Source: Macrostomum lignano
Lineage: Eukaryota
Length of the DNA stretch: 64,000 nt
NCBI GenBank assembly: GCA_002269645.1
Contig: NIVC01002970.1
Location: 62,001-126,000 of the forward strand
Direction of reading: 5' to 3'
Of the stretch, positions 24,901 to 61,749 are shown piece by piece. Under the pieces are notes generated by a model. That model worked only from the letters and a program-made list of their open reading frames with translations. It searched no databases and had not been told where the DNA came from. The stretch's first letter is position 1, and every line of letters begins with the position of its first letter. The position numbers and the translations under genes are program-made.

Positions 24901-25604
24901 GCATATGTGGATGCCAAATCCAAGAAACATTGCGTTCGAGTATGGGTCTGGGTACTCGATTCAGGAAACACATCGTTTTGGAAAAGTGTGAAAAGCTATT
25001 TTGTTCTGCCTGAACTGGATATTCGTTTTGGCGTATGATCGAAATTTTCTTTCAACAGATGAAGGAAGTGCCATGGAAAAAGTAAGACTTTTCGGCTTGG
25101 GAAGAGTTGAAGTTAACTATATGAAGAAATTGGATTTTGCCCGCCTTCACCTTAACCTAATTAGTTAATTGGATCTGACTTGTCTGTATGAAGACATATA
25201 GAATGTAATGAAAAATATTAATTAATATAATAGTATAATAATCCTTTTTTTATTTTTCACCATCAATCGAAACGGAGAGGGTCTTGGCCCCGACCCGCTC
25301 CCCCAAATCTCTTGTTTTCCAACTAAGTGTAGTATATTTTGCTTAAAAAGCACTTTACTGCTTAAAAACTGAAGTAAAACGCAACAAAAAATCAATTAGA
25401 ATCGATTGAAGCTGTTTTTAATATTCATAATGTGGATAAGAAATAAAGCGAAAAAAGAGTTTTTGTTAAAGCTCGTTTTTTATTTTAAATACATGCATTC
25501 CATAGAAACAAATTCCAATTATGTAAGCACGTGTTTATTGAATAATACAATTTAAATGATATTGATGAAATCATCTTTCCACTAAAATAAAAAAATATAC
25601 AAAA

Positions 25605-40686
<15,082 letters not shown>

Positions 40687-42316
40687 ATGCCCTCGGTTTG
40701 ATTCAGTTTAGCCTGTGAGTAGGAGAGGCGATTGGACTTGACAATTTCTGTTTAAGGTTTTATTTTTTACCTGACAGAATTTAGCTAAAAAAGTGAGAAG
40801 GATCCAGAAGAATCTGGAGTGTCTTATTAAAGAGATTTACCCGATCAAAACGTTTCTGCATATCAAATGCTACTCTGGTACATCTTTAAGCTATTAATCC
40901 ATGCAATATGCCATCTGGGCAATTCTCGTGGACCCATTATATCATTCTGATCGGATTAATAGATGCTCAATAGATGCTTAAAATAGTAACTCAAAATAGA
41001 TTTTTCAATCAAAACTACAAAGTGTAGGTCTTATGTATAGCGACAGCATTCGAGATGATTATATATTGTTGTTTGTTATGTTTGCAGAATATTTTTTGTC
41101 TTTCATATATGTCACCTTCGCCCGTACCCATACACAAAATGTATCGTAAAAACATAATTTGTTTATCTTTGTTACTGCAAAGCCAACTTGGTATAAAAAT
41201 ATTGCAAAAAATCTAATTCCTTTTTGCAGTGTTATATAAATTCTTTTTATGAGAATAATTTTAATTTGTGAATTCTCAATGAATGCAGATCCGATTCCAT
41301 CAGTACAATTTGCCAAGTAGTTATAAGTTAATTGCTATTTTTTCCCAGAGCTACATGTATATTGATTTTCAAATACAGAATCAATATTTCTTTACTTCAT
41401 ATTTTGTTGGCTTTTAAGTTGAACAATTGATTTATACATGTATCACTTTATTTAAACTTCCAAATAAATCTTTTTAGTTCTTTGAGTTGTTTAACGGTTT
41501 GTTAGACTTTTACGAAATAATCTGTTAAATTGTCTTCCGGTTTTTATTCATTCTTGGAAAGTGGATTTATTGAATAAAATAGCTCTCATTTGGGCAAATT
41601 TAGAGGTAGGGTAGATACAAGCGTATACGCGTACTTCCAGCATATTTAACATACTTGCAGTACACAATTAACATGTGTGTGAAGATAAAAAATTGGTTGA
41701 ACTTGGCAGGAGGGATTGTGCAACTACTAAGAGCAACTAATTTGAGCAAAGAGATCCGCGGGGACTGGGCAATGAGCGGCAGAACTTAGGGTGTTGAAGT
41801 TTTGGATCTTAAAATATACGTGCAATATGTTATCTGCCCTACGTCGCTGCGTGCCCATGGTCCGTACTCTACTTTTTTTAAATGCGTTCCAGCGATTTTT
41901 TGTTTATTACAGCAAATAAATTTCCCTGTCCTCAAGTTGTAATACATGCAGTAGGCATGGAAACTGCTGGAGTAATCAGTGTGCAGTGTGCAACAATGAC
42001 GTTAACTTGTATTAATTAGTTTAAAGCACGGGTAAATAAAGAAATTTAAGGTAAATATTCAAAATCTAACAAGAACAAAAGCTTAATTCAAGGAATACTT
42101 AAAAGCTATTTAATTATTGATTAGTAATTATTTAGTAATAACTTGTTTTTTGTTTAACTTGTAAAACACTTTTTAAACATCAAATTAAACAGCAAGAATT
42201 CCTAAGAAATGTGTTCGCGCGATTCACGGCTATAGCTCACTGTAAAATGCTAAATGGTGTAGTGCGTTGGTAGAATGTACGTGCAGAGTAGTAAAAACAC
42301 AAATACCTAAAGAAGA

Positions 42317-51626
<9,310 letters not shown>

Positions 51627-52410
51627 TGCTAAAAAAACGGTCTATAAACAGGTGTGCCTTGTTGCTTAATTTGATTTCTTTCGTTATTGTCGCTTTCATG
51701 GGTCAGCGGAGGTGGGAGAGGTTGATGCCAAGCGTCTGTTCAAATGTACATCTAGGAATGTACATACAATGCCCACTAAATGGCCGCGTGATTCTATGGC
51801 TTACGCTGTTCTTTGGCAGTCTTGATTTTTCTTGGATAGAAAATCTTTACAGTGCTGTATAGACTACTGAGAATAGTAGGCAAAATAAAATTTTGATCGT
51901 AAAAGCTCTCGCATAGCTCGAAAAATGTAAAACAGTGTAAAACAAATGCATGTGCACACTGAGAGTCGCGGGAAAGGTCGGTGTGTGGCCGGCTATTATC
52001 ACCTGTTAATTAATTTTCGTATCTAAATTATAAGAGCTTCAAACTTGCCCTGATGACACTATTATTGCTCAGATGTTGTTATCAAATTGATCATTCTTAT
52101 TACCACGAAGTTACGCTACATGTAAGTGTGTATGCCTGTTAGCGTTTTGTAATAATATTAAATAAACAGATGATCATTTTGTGTTTTTTACTTTCTTCCA
52201 TGATTAGCCTTTTTCTATTGCAAATTTTAATATTTCAAACTGTAGTGTTTTTGCTTCTTCCAAAAAGTTACTGCTAGCTGGAAAGTAAAAAAATGTAGGT
52301 TTTTGTGAGGTGACCACTGGTGTGAAATGACCAGTTGTGTGAAATGTTAACCCAGAGGCAAAAATTACGTTCTTACATTCTTACATTACATTAGATTCAT
52401 TTAAATTATA

Positions 52411-52927
52411 TACCTTTTTGCGATCTAGTTTGCCAAAACTGCAATCAATTTTGCCCGCGGAAAAATATCACTTATAATTTTGGCACAGACTGTGCCAAAT
52501 TTAACTCTTTGAAAACTGCAATCAATTTTGCCAAAACTGCGACCTAGTTTGCCCATAGCAAAGAAAACACCACAGACATACATAGCAAGATCAAAGAATG
52601 GCCCAGCGTGGACCTTATAACAGGATTTCAGCGAAGGACCGGCAGCGATTGATTCAAGCATATCAGGATGGAGAGGACTGGCAAGATTTTGGTAGGCTGT
52701 TGGGCATCTCACGAAGAACCGTGACTTACATAGTTGGACAATTCAACGCAACCGGTCGTATAGAGCCTCTGCCTCGCGGAGGTGCCAAGCGGAGGTCCCT
52801 TAACAATGTACTGTGGCTGAAACTCTGGTCATGACTGAGCAGACTTGGCCTAGACAGCAAAATTATGTGATATTTTTCCGCGGGCAAAATTGATTGCAGT
52901 TTTGGCAAACTAAATCGCAAAAAGGTA
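52411..52927 (+). mobile_element. Internally deleted Tc1/mariner (IS630-Tc1) element retaining only the N-terminal HTH ORF (52598-52834)
   Basis: ~70-bp near-perfect TIRs (tacctttttgcgat...gcgggcaaaattgattgcagttttggcaaactaaatcgcaaaaaggta) with TA at both flanks. The ORF ...SAKDRQRLIQAYQDG...LLGISRRTVTYIVGQFNATGRIEPLPRGG matches the Tc1/paired-like DNA-binding pattern. No DDE domain. Confidence 0.88.
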
Positions 52928-53506
52928 TATTACATGGCTAAAAAGAATTTGAGTTTGTCTAATTTGAATGCTTGTAACTGTGCTCCAAACCATAGACTGT
53001 CTAAATAGAATGTCTTGACTAAAAAACTGTTGTACGAGAAAATGTGTAGTTATATTTGTACCATATGAGTTGAGTGTTTTACTCATTACCATAGACGATT
53101 CCCATTTCGGCTGGGCTTAAGCCAAGGAGTTTTATAATTAGCATCTAATTAAACATCGACTTCCATGCAGTAAAGGTTAGAATTATCAACTATACTTGCT
53201 TGCCTTTTTCCGTCTATGTCTATGGGCAAGACCGAATCTACTGCTGCCATCGATTCTCAACTTTTCACTGTGGACCAAAAGCCGTTACTAAATAAAACTT
53301 GCAAGAGTTTTAAAGTGCAAAACAGCAGCCCACAAATAGTTTATGTTGAAGCATTCACTTTGGCGGCTATGAATCTATTGAGAAGTGAAATTAAAAAGAC
53401 TATTTAACTATCAGTTATTAATTAAACGAATTCTTATTTCAGAAAAATGCATTAATTGCCTACTATTTTCTATAGAAGCTAGATATCTCTTATAAGTCTA
53501 GAAAAA

Positions 53507-54258
53507 ATGACCAACTTCCATGTGCTTGCAGCAGCTTTAGTGGTGTGCGTGGCGGCTATAGCATTTGGTGTTATACTTGGCCTGCTAGTTTTGCCGGCTG
53601 TTCTGAAGCTGCATGGCGATAGGAAGCGCGACACTCTCGAGCAAAGTAGTGTGTCAACTGATTCCAACGATTCGAGTCAAGACTTGGAAGCTGGAAAGGA
53701 TGCTTCCTGTGAGTTTTGATGGTACTTCTCTGTTTTGTTTGAGATAGATTCTACGAACTTTGCCAGCTGAGTAACTTGCCAGTGAACGTTGATACGCTTT
53801 TAGCCCTTATAATTGATTTACAATTGTAAAACTGAAAGCTGCTGAAATTCTAATAACTCATTTAATTCGTTTTGTATCCAGCCGAATCGGACGCCTCAAA
53901 CCAGAGCATGTGCGTCATGGCTAACAGGGACAGCCTGCAGCTGGTGGACGATGGACCCTTTTTCAATGTATACACCGATCAGCAGCAGCCTCTCAATTCG
54001 ACGACTCAAGCACCGCGAACAATAACTCCACCGCCATTGTCGTCGCCTCGGCTGAGTACGAATTCCGTAGGCCCATTAAAAGAGCCACGAAAGCAGTCTG
54101 TCGGTGCAGCTAGTCGAGGGCAGCAGAAGCAGCCGCAGGAGGAGCAAAAGCAACAGCAGAAAAAGCTGCCCCAGGAGCAGCCACAACCAACATTAAAAGC
54201 TTCCACCAGGGCAAGTCAAAGAAGATCATCTCCAGTTTCTGGTTCATCAATCCGCTAA
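53507..54258 (+). CDS. Probable orphan single-pass membrane protein, 2 exons, 192 aa
   Basis: Exon 53507-53708 (hydrophobic N-terminus VLAAALVVCVAAIAFGVILGLLVLPAVL, donor T|gtgagt) joins in frame (phase 1) to exon 53882-54258 (acceptor ttttgtatccag). The tail is S/Q/P-rich and probably disordered. Confidence 0.6.
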
Positions 54259-55107
54259 TGATGCCCATCGAGCTATAGTCTTGCTATTTCAGCTGCTGCA
54301 CATTTTATAATGTACGTTTAGTACTTCATTTTTGTACTCATGACACGCCTAAACAAACTCTGTTTGTTTAGGAACTAAGCAGAGTGAAAGCATATCGAAA
54401 AACTTGTTTCCTTAGTGTAGAGAAACTTTTTGTCGTAATGTCCTAGAAAATTTGAGCTGTAATTTCTACACTGTTAAAGTTCTGTGTTATCTCGCTTCAT
54501 GTTAGAAATGAGAAGTGAAAATGTTGAATTTTCTTATTATATTGTAACTGACTCTCCAATTAATTTTTTCCTAATCCCACTTCAAGAAGCTGTTTATTAA
54601 AATGCTCGACGCTTCTTATATAATTTTTGTTTCCCTGAAATATTATTTGTAGGATTTCAGAAAATTACTCTTACAGTAATTAAACTATTGATGCACAAGA
54701 TAAATGCCACGAATACATAAATAATGCTCATAACATATTGTATTGTAAATTGTCCCCGAAAGGCGGCAAAAATTAAAATATAAACTACAATAAATATGCT
54801 TGGATCCTATTTATTTAGCGCATAGCCATAAACTCTTCAGAAGAAGCTTATACTTTGTCTATACAAATAGCTCTGTCTATTTTCACTTTTTCACTTGGTA
54901 CGTACGCTGGTATTGATGCATGTACTTGACGTATGCTAAATTGTAAAACTCGCCGAGCTAACTAAATAACTGTAACTCTGTTGTGTCGCCGTGCACTTTG
55001 CAGCATTTGCCATTCTTATAGCCAAAACCCCTTTAGCCTGATATTTTTTATATACTTGTACGCCTCTAGGCAGCCCCCCTTCACTCCCGTCGCATTTTAT
55101 TATCTCG

Positions 55108-58100
55108 GCTTTGGCGGCCGCGCTTCGGCTGCGGCAGCAAAGCTCAGCACAGCAGGGATTCGCAGTGGTCAGCGAGGGCTGGCGAGGGCGACTCCGTGGC
55201 GCGGCCGGGCGCCTGTCGCCCCCAGTCCGTGCAACTTCAACTATGGATCCGCGGGGACCACGAAGCCAACCTCCATCTGGCCCCAGCTGTACCAGGTGGC
55301 CGTCTCAGACTCGGCACGATGAACTGCCGAACTCTGAAGGCCCCCTGGCGTTGCACCATCCTTGTCCAGCTGGCCCTCGACCTACAGCTGGACCTCGTCA
55401 CGCTGCAGGTTTCTATCGTGGCTGAGCCAGTGCTCCACTCTGAGGACCTCGGAGCCGGCTGGAGCCTCCTGTACACGTCGGCAGATAACCGCGGCCGGGC
55501 GGTGTCGGCGTACTGATCGGACCGCGCCTCCAGCAGAGCGTGCACTGCATCTCGCTGTCCCCGCGACTGATGCGGGTCGACCTGCGACTGCGCGCCCGCT
55601 GCATCCGGCTGTTCTGCGCGTATGCACCCACCGCTGCTCACCCCGAGGAGCAGCCTTTTTCGACTTCCTGGCTGGGCAGCTGGAAGAAGTGCTAAACCGC
55701 GACACGCTGGCAGCGCTCGCAGTCCCGCGGAGGTGGTCCGAGCGCTCGCCCTTTGTCCGAAACGCGAGAACGCCAACACCGATGCACTGAAAGACCTGCT
55801 TGACCGGCTGTACCTGGTGTCCGCAAACACCAGTTCTGCAAGCCCCCTGCCCGCCTGGTCACCTTTGCGGGCTGCAAGAGAAGGCGGCGGAACGCACGCG
55901 CCCGGAACGCCACGAGGAGACTGGCGCAACTCGATCATGCGCTGGTTCGCACTCGCGAACGCCGCCGCGTTACCGACTGCGATACCATGGCTCCGATGGC
56001 TCTCCGGTCAGACCATCGACTCCTGATCTGCGACTTGCGGCTCCGCGACCAGCTCTACCGACCGCCAAAGCAGCGGCCACGGCGCTACTATCGCGCTCTA
56101 TTGGACACCCACGTGAAGCGTCAATTCGCGGGCGCCTTCGTCGGCGCGCTTGGAGACCAGCGCGAGGCGGAGTATTCCGACATCAGCACCGCCGTTAGAG
56201 CCGCTGCGGAGCAGACGGTCCCACTGCTTTTGCGGCCAGCGCAAAAAATCGCTGCCTGTCTGGCAGAGCGACCCGACCATCAGGCAAGCGCGGCTCAACA
56301 TCGAGCGACTCCGCAGGAACCGGCGGCCCACGGGCGACGCTGAAGACGCGTTTGAGCGGCTTCTAGACGAGCGGCAGCAGGCCGCTGTCGACGACGCCGT
56401 TATGTCCATCACTGCAGCCGGCACAGGCATGAAGAGCGCAGTGTGGACGCCCGTCCGGACTCTGATGGGGCGCAAAAAGCCGGTGACACCCCGGAGGAGC
56501 GCAGGAATAAATTGCGCGACTTCTTTGCCGGCATCGTGAGGGAACCTGCGTCGCTGCTGCCCGCCAGCTTTGTGCTCTCACTGGACACGCCGCTCTTAGC
56601 CTGAGGAGGACTTCTGCACCAGACTAGTCACCACGAAGAACGTTGTGCTGTTCGCTCGGAAAACATCAGGCGGCAAGGCGCTCGGTCCCGACGAAGTCCC
56701 GGTCGAGGCGCTGCGGCTCTGCTGTGTGGCCTCCCAGGTCACATGCGTCATGAACCGCGTGCTCGCCAGCGCCCCCGCGCCCACCGAGTAGACCGTCGCG
56801 CACAACGTGCCGATCCCGAAGAAGGCAGGGACAACGTGGAAAGAAGACCACCGCGGGATTTCGCTGATATCCTGCACCGCGAAGCTCTTCAACCGGCTGC
56901 TGCTCGATCGTCTGCAGTCGGTGCTGGACCCGTACCTGCGGAACAGATTCCGGTCGCAACGCGGTACAGTGACACAGATCCTTGCACTCTGCCGTGTCAT
57001 CGAGGAGGCGTGCATCCGCCAGTCTACGCTGATCATTGTCTTCGTTGACTTTCGAAAGGCGTTTGACTCGGTGTTGAGAGCCGCGCTTCCCTTTGTCCTT
57101 CGAGCTTACTGGGTACCCAAGCAACTAGTCGACGCTGTCATGGCGCTGTATTGCGACACTGACCTGTTCGACACTTCATCAGGAGTTCTGCAGGGCGACA
57201 CGCTGGCGCCGTTCCTCTTCGTGCTGCTGCTGGACTGGGTGCTTAGTACCACACTCCCTACGGCTGACGACGGCTTCCTGCTGCGCAGATGCATCGGTCA
57301 CCGCTACGGCGAAAATCCCCTGGGCGTGCTTGGCTACGCCGACGACCTCGCCCTTGTCCTCGTCCTTGAAGATGCCCAGCGCCAAATCGACAGGCTGGTC
57401 GAGGTGGCATCGAGCGTCGGTCTGGTTGTCAACACGCTGAAGACCGAGGTGCTGACTGTGCCGGCCGACATCCCAGCGGAGACGGGCAGACGACCAGGCT
57501 CGCACGCTGCCAGCGGTTCACCTACCTCGGCGGTCTGGTGCCCCACATGGAGAAGGACCTCCGGCGGCGCAGAGGACTTGCCTGGGCGGCCTTGTGTTCG
57601 ATCCGGGCCGTCGTCCAGTCCGAAGCACTGCCCGACCGCGAGAGGGCTCGACTGTGGCAGGCGGTGGTGGAAAACGTCCTGCTGTACAACGCCGAGACTC
57701 GGACGCTGACGGCTACGCTAGAACGGCAGCTGGACTCGGCGCACTCAGGGCTGCTCCGTGCGGCCTTTCGATCTGACGAGAGCGTCGAGACCGAGGCCCT
57801 GTACGATCGGGCCAAGCTGCCCGTCCATCATCCTGCGCCGGCGGTGACTTCAACTGGCGGACCACGTGATCCGGGCCGAGGGCTACTGCCCCCAACCTGT
57901 TCAGGATGTCCTGCTGCTCACCTTGCAGGGCCCGTTCAGGCGGGGTCAGGCCCGAACCCGTCGATACGTGGACTGCCTGCTGTGCGACGCTGGGGCGCCC
58001 GACACTGCCAACGGAGCGCGCGGACTTCGTTCGCTCCCAGGCTCTGCGGCGCGCCATCTGACGCGCCCTGCTCACGTTACTGTGACTTTGCATGCGGGGT

Positions 58101-58125
58101 CACGTATTTTGTTTCTGTTTTGTTG
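55108..58125 (+). mobile_element. Decayed non-LTR retrotransposon (APE + RT, RTE-like)
   Basis: APE motifs LRLGTMNCRTL, LDLVTLQ, CAYAPT. RT motifs PIPKK, RGISLISC..KLFNR, FVDFRKAFDSV, GVLQGDTLAPFLF, YADDLAL. Multiple frameshifts and stops. Possible 10-bp TSD tattatctcg (55098-55107 / 58126-58135); boundaries tentative. Confidence 0.9.
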
Positions 58126-59524
58126 TATTATCTCGTTCATTTCTGTCGTCTCACCCACGCAACCGTATTGGCTTTGACCTGGCTGCCACCCCTTTCTCTA
58201 ACCCGGCCTTCCCTCACCCAACGCGCGGTCTATGTATTTATTATCTTGATGAGATTTGGCTGTCTGAGGAGTCACGGAGCCAAGGACTGTAGTATTGTAG
58301 TATACTATATATTGTAGCATTATTGTAGTAATGCTTTTAATGTATAATTTATTATTTCTGTATAATGTACATCTAAGAATGTATAAATGTAGTATACTAC
58401 GTAACAGTAGTGGGTGCTCCAGCAGCAGCACCAGTAGAAGGTGAGCGCCACGTATTTAACGTTAATTTATTACTCCGTTTGGTTTGGGTAGCCAATCATG
58501 TTTGGATTTGGAATAGGGAAGGAAGGACTGAGTAGGGATTTGTGACGGGACCTAACCTGCGTAGCGATATTTTAGAACGTAAACAAACCGATAGATGTCG
58601 ATCCTGCTGCACACTAGTGGGCCTAGAAGTATTCCAACAGATACAGCATAGATGTTTTAGACGCTTAAGTCATGAACCTTTTCACCATAGTTGTAAAAAC
58701 TTAGGATTTTTTTCTTTGTAGTTCACTTTAAGCTTAAACCTAATTTTGTTAATTTGTATTCAAGTCGACTGACGCCAGCTTAAATTGGTTTCACATTTTG
58801 CTCGCGTGTCTTTTCGAGATGAGATGTGAATCGCGAATGCATGCTGTGACACTAAGTTACTGCGTAACGTGATTCAGAACCTATCTCTATAATTGGTATT
58901 GGTATATCACAGTGAGGTAATAAATTAAATTATCACTCATTTGATTAACCTGAATTTGGCTTACTATAGAGTATAGTACCTACGCTTTAGGCTATTGTCT
59001 ACTGAAACTTAAAAGCAACAAAATACATAGTATCCTGTATCCAAATGACCAGATTCCAGATACAGTAATTGTCTATTTGTAGCTAGTCTATAGCTAAAAA
59101 CCTAGTCGAAATGATAATTTGAAAGCTCCAGACTTCAGTTATGATAATTACTGCTTAAGATTAGAAGTAGGCCTCGAGGCCTAAGTATTTAATGCATGGC
59201 CATCTTGAAACCAACTATAATTTTAAATTATGTATACTTATTGTTGGTACACATTGGCCTAGATGATTCTGTTTAATATGTATAAATATGGCATTATATG
59301 TTTCCTATTATTTTGCCACAAACATCTTATACAACATTTTTCAATGTTTGTCATATTTTAATGTCATAATTCTAGGTCTAATTGTTTTTCATTTTTCTAT
59401 TGGCCTAGCAAATTGTTTTATTTAAACCAAAGCTTATAAAGTTTTTTAATTAAGTAATTTAACTAGGCCCTATTTCATATTTTAATATCCATATACTAAA
59501 TTGCTATATTATTAGGGGGAGGGG

Positions 59525-59745
59525 TTGCTATCTGGGGGATGCTTGCTATCTGGGGGATGCTTGCTATCTGGGGGATGCTTGCTATTTGGGGGATGCTTGC
59601 TATCTGGGGGATGCTTGCTATCTAGGAGATGCTTGCTGTCTAGGGGATGCTTGCTATCTGGTGGATTCTTGCTTGCTATCTGGGGGATGCTTGCTATCTG
59701 GGAGATGCTGGCATGCTATCTGGGGATGCTTGCTATCTTGGGATG
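59525..59745. repeat. 18-bp minisatellite (ttgctatctgggggatgc)
   Basis: About 11 tandem units. Confidence 0.9.
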
Positions 59746-60885
59746 TTTTCTTTTTAGAGGAAATTTCTGTTGTTTTTTCATTATCTCTTTGTTACTTGTA
59801 AAGAACAAAGATTCTATCCAGATGTCCCCCATTGGGGGCGAAGATTGCCAGTCCATATACTAAAAATGGTTTGCTTATGACTTTTTATATGATCAATTTC
59901 AGAAAAAAACCACTTAACTAATTTTCTTCAAAACTTGCACCATTCTAATATATAAGATAAAATGACAAGTATGTTATTTAGCCTAAACTTTTAAACTATA
60001 ATAAAATGGATAATTAATTAAAAAGCTTAAATATAGAGAAGCCTGGCTGGCTATAATATAATATTTATTAAGTATAAGATATACCTAGGTCTTAAAAGAA
60101 AAGTAAGATAGGCAATTGCCTCTCTTTTGGTAAAGACTAAAAAAGAATAAATTGCATTTTTACAAAATACAGAGTTTTTCTTCTACCTCCTTTGGATCTT
60201 TATCTTCAAAATCAAATCAACCCTTTCAATAAGACAGACTTGCTAGTGCAGTTTATTGGGCATAATCTTGACTGATTGATACATGTCAAGAGCCAGCAAA
60301 ATGGCAACACCTGTTACCATTGCAACAAAACTGCACCAAAATGCCTGGGCCTAGCTGCTATATGCCTAAATAGAACCATTGACACCTTGAAAAAGCACAC
60401 TTGCAATCCAGTTAATCAGCCAGTTGAAAAAAATATGTATGGCAGCTGAGGTAAAAGTGGAAGCAAAGTGAGTACAATTCAAATCTGCTCGCATTATCAC
60501 TGAGAAAAAAGCAAGAGAACTCTGACAATAAGTGTAGATAGTGATTAATGTTAATTCGTTAAGTTACAATTCTAATTATTACTGCAAAAAGCCACCCTAT
60601 GGAGTCACCTAATATTTTTTTCAGGTTGATCCAAAGCATGCGCCCTTAGAGAGTTTCATTTGCAAGACGTTACTATGCCAGAAACAAATAGACAGCATGT
60701 CTTCATGTCTGTAACAGTGTGAGATCCTGTCCTCTGGATGCATTCTGCTATACTTTAATTCAGTTGTACAGCTATTCGCTTTGATAACCAAGAGTGCCTG
60801 GTACCATTGACATTTTTTCTGATGTCAGATAAGGCTCAGGCTGACTACCAGGCCTGATTCCAGCAGGTATGGGAGTTGATAGGTA

Positions 60886-61580
60886 ATGCACCTGTCCAAC
60901 TTATTTGCAACTTTGAGTAGGCCACCTGGCAAGCCATTTTATTTGGCAGCCCAAGTCTGTGGTAGTTTTTGTCATTATTATTGGGCTGTTTTTAGGCAAG
61001 CCCAGACCATTGGATTGCAGGTGCAGTATGCAACTACCCCTGCATTCAAGTTATTGGTACGCATGCTGCTTTCGATTCCTTGTCCGCCGTTTCCTTGCAT
61101 GCTGGATGGCCTTGCAGCAATGGCAGAGCGAATCAGCGCCTTGTTAGAGCTGACAGAATATGTGCATGCAACCTGACTACAGTACCCTATGTGGGACCGG
61201 GATGCCATTTGCGTCTGAACAGTACACAATGACAACAATGCCACCTAGGTTAGCGGAATGGGCGCCCGCGCCTTCCCGCTGTGTCCCCTCCGGGACAGCC
61301 CTGCAGTTATGCCACCTAGGCTTGGCATGCGCAGTTCAAATAGCGTGGTGAGAAAGTGCCGAATTTCTATCTTCTGCTGACCGCACTTTAGCGTGACGCA
61401 GAGCGGGTGCAGCATCTGAAGCAGCAAGTGCACCAAGGCCAACCTGTCACCCACCACCCCACCACAAGTGCATGCTAGGTACGCGCCAGTGAATGCGAGC
61501 TTTGAGACATTCTGCCGACACTTGAGAGTGGGCACTCGATTGCTGCATTTCTCCGAGCCTGGCAGGCATATTAATGCACA
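60886..61580 (+). mobile_element. Mutator-like (MULE) transposase remnant
   Basis: CGSFCHYYWAVFRQAQTIGLQVQY...FKLLVRMLL resembles the MULE GCxFHxxQAxxR...LGL..Y motif. Downstream AWHAQFK*RGEKVPNFYLLL resembles EGWHxxF...PN.Y. Stops and frameshifts are present and no TIRs were found. Confidence 0.65.
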
Positions 61581-61749
61581 ACCTAAATGGCAGCAAATGG
61601 ATTCAGATTTTCGTAAAAAGTGGTGATAACTTGCTTTCGCCAAAATAAACCTTTGCTGCAATGGATGGCATCTCTAAAATCCACGTGCGAGTACCTTCTT
61701 CAAGATGATGACGGCCCGGTCTAGCCGTTACTGAGGCTTTTCGATCTGT

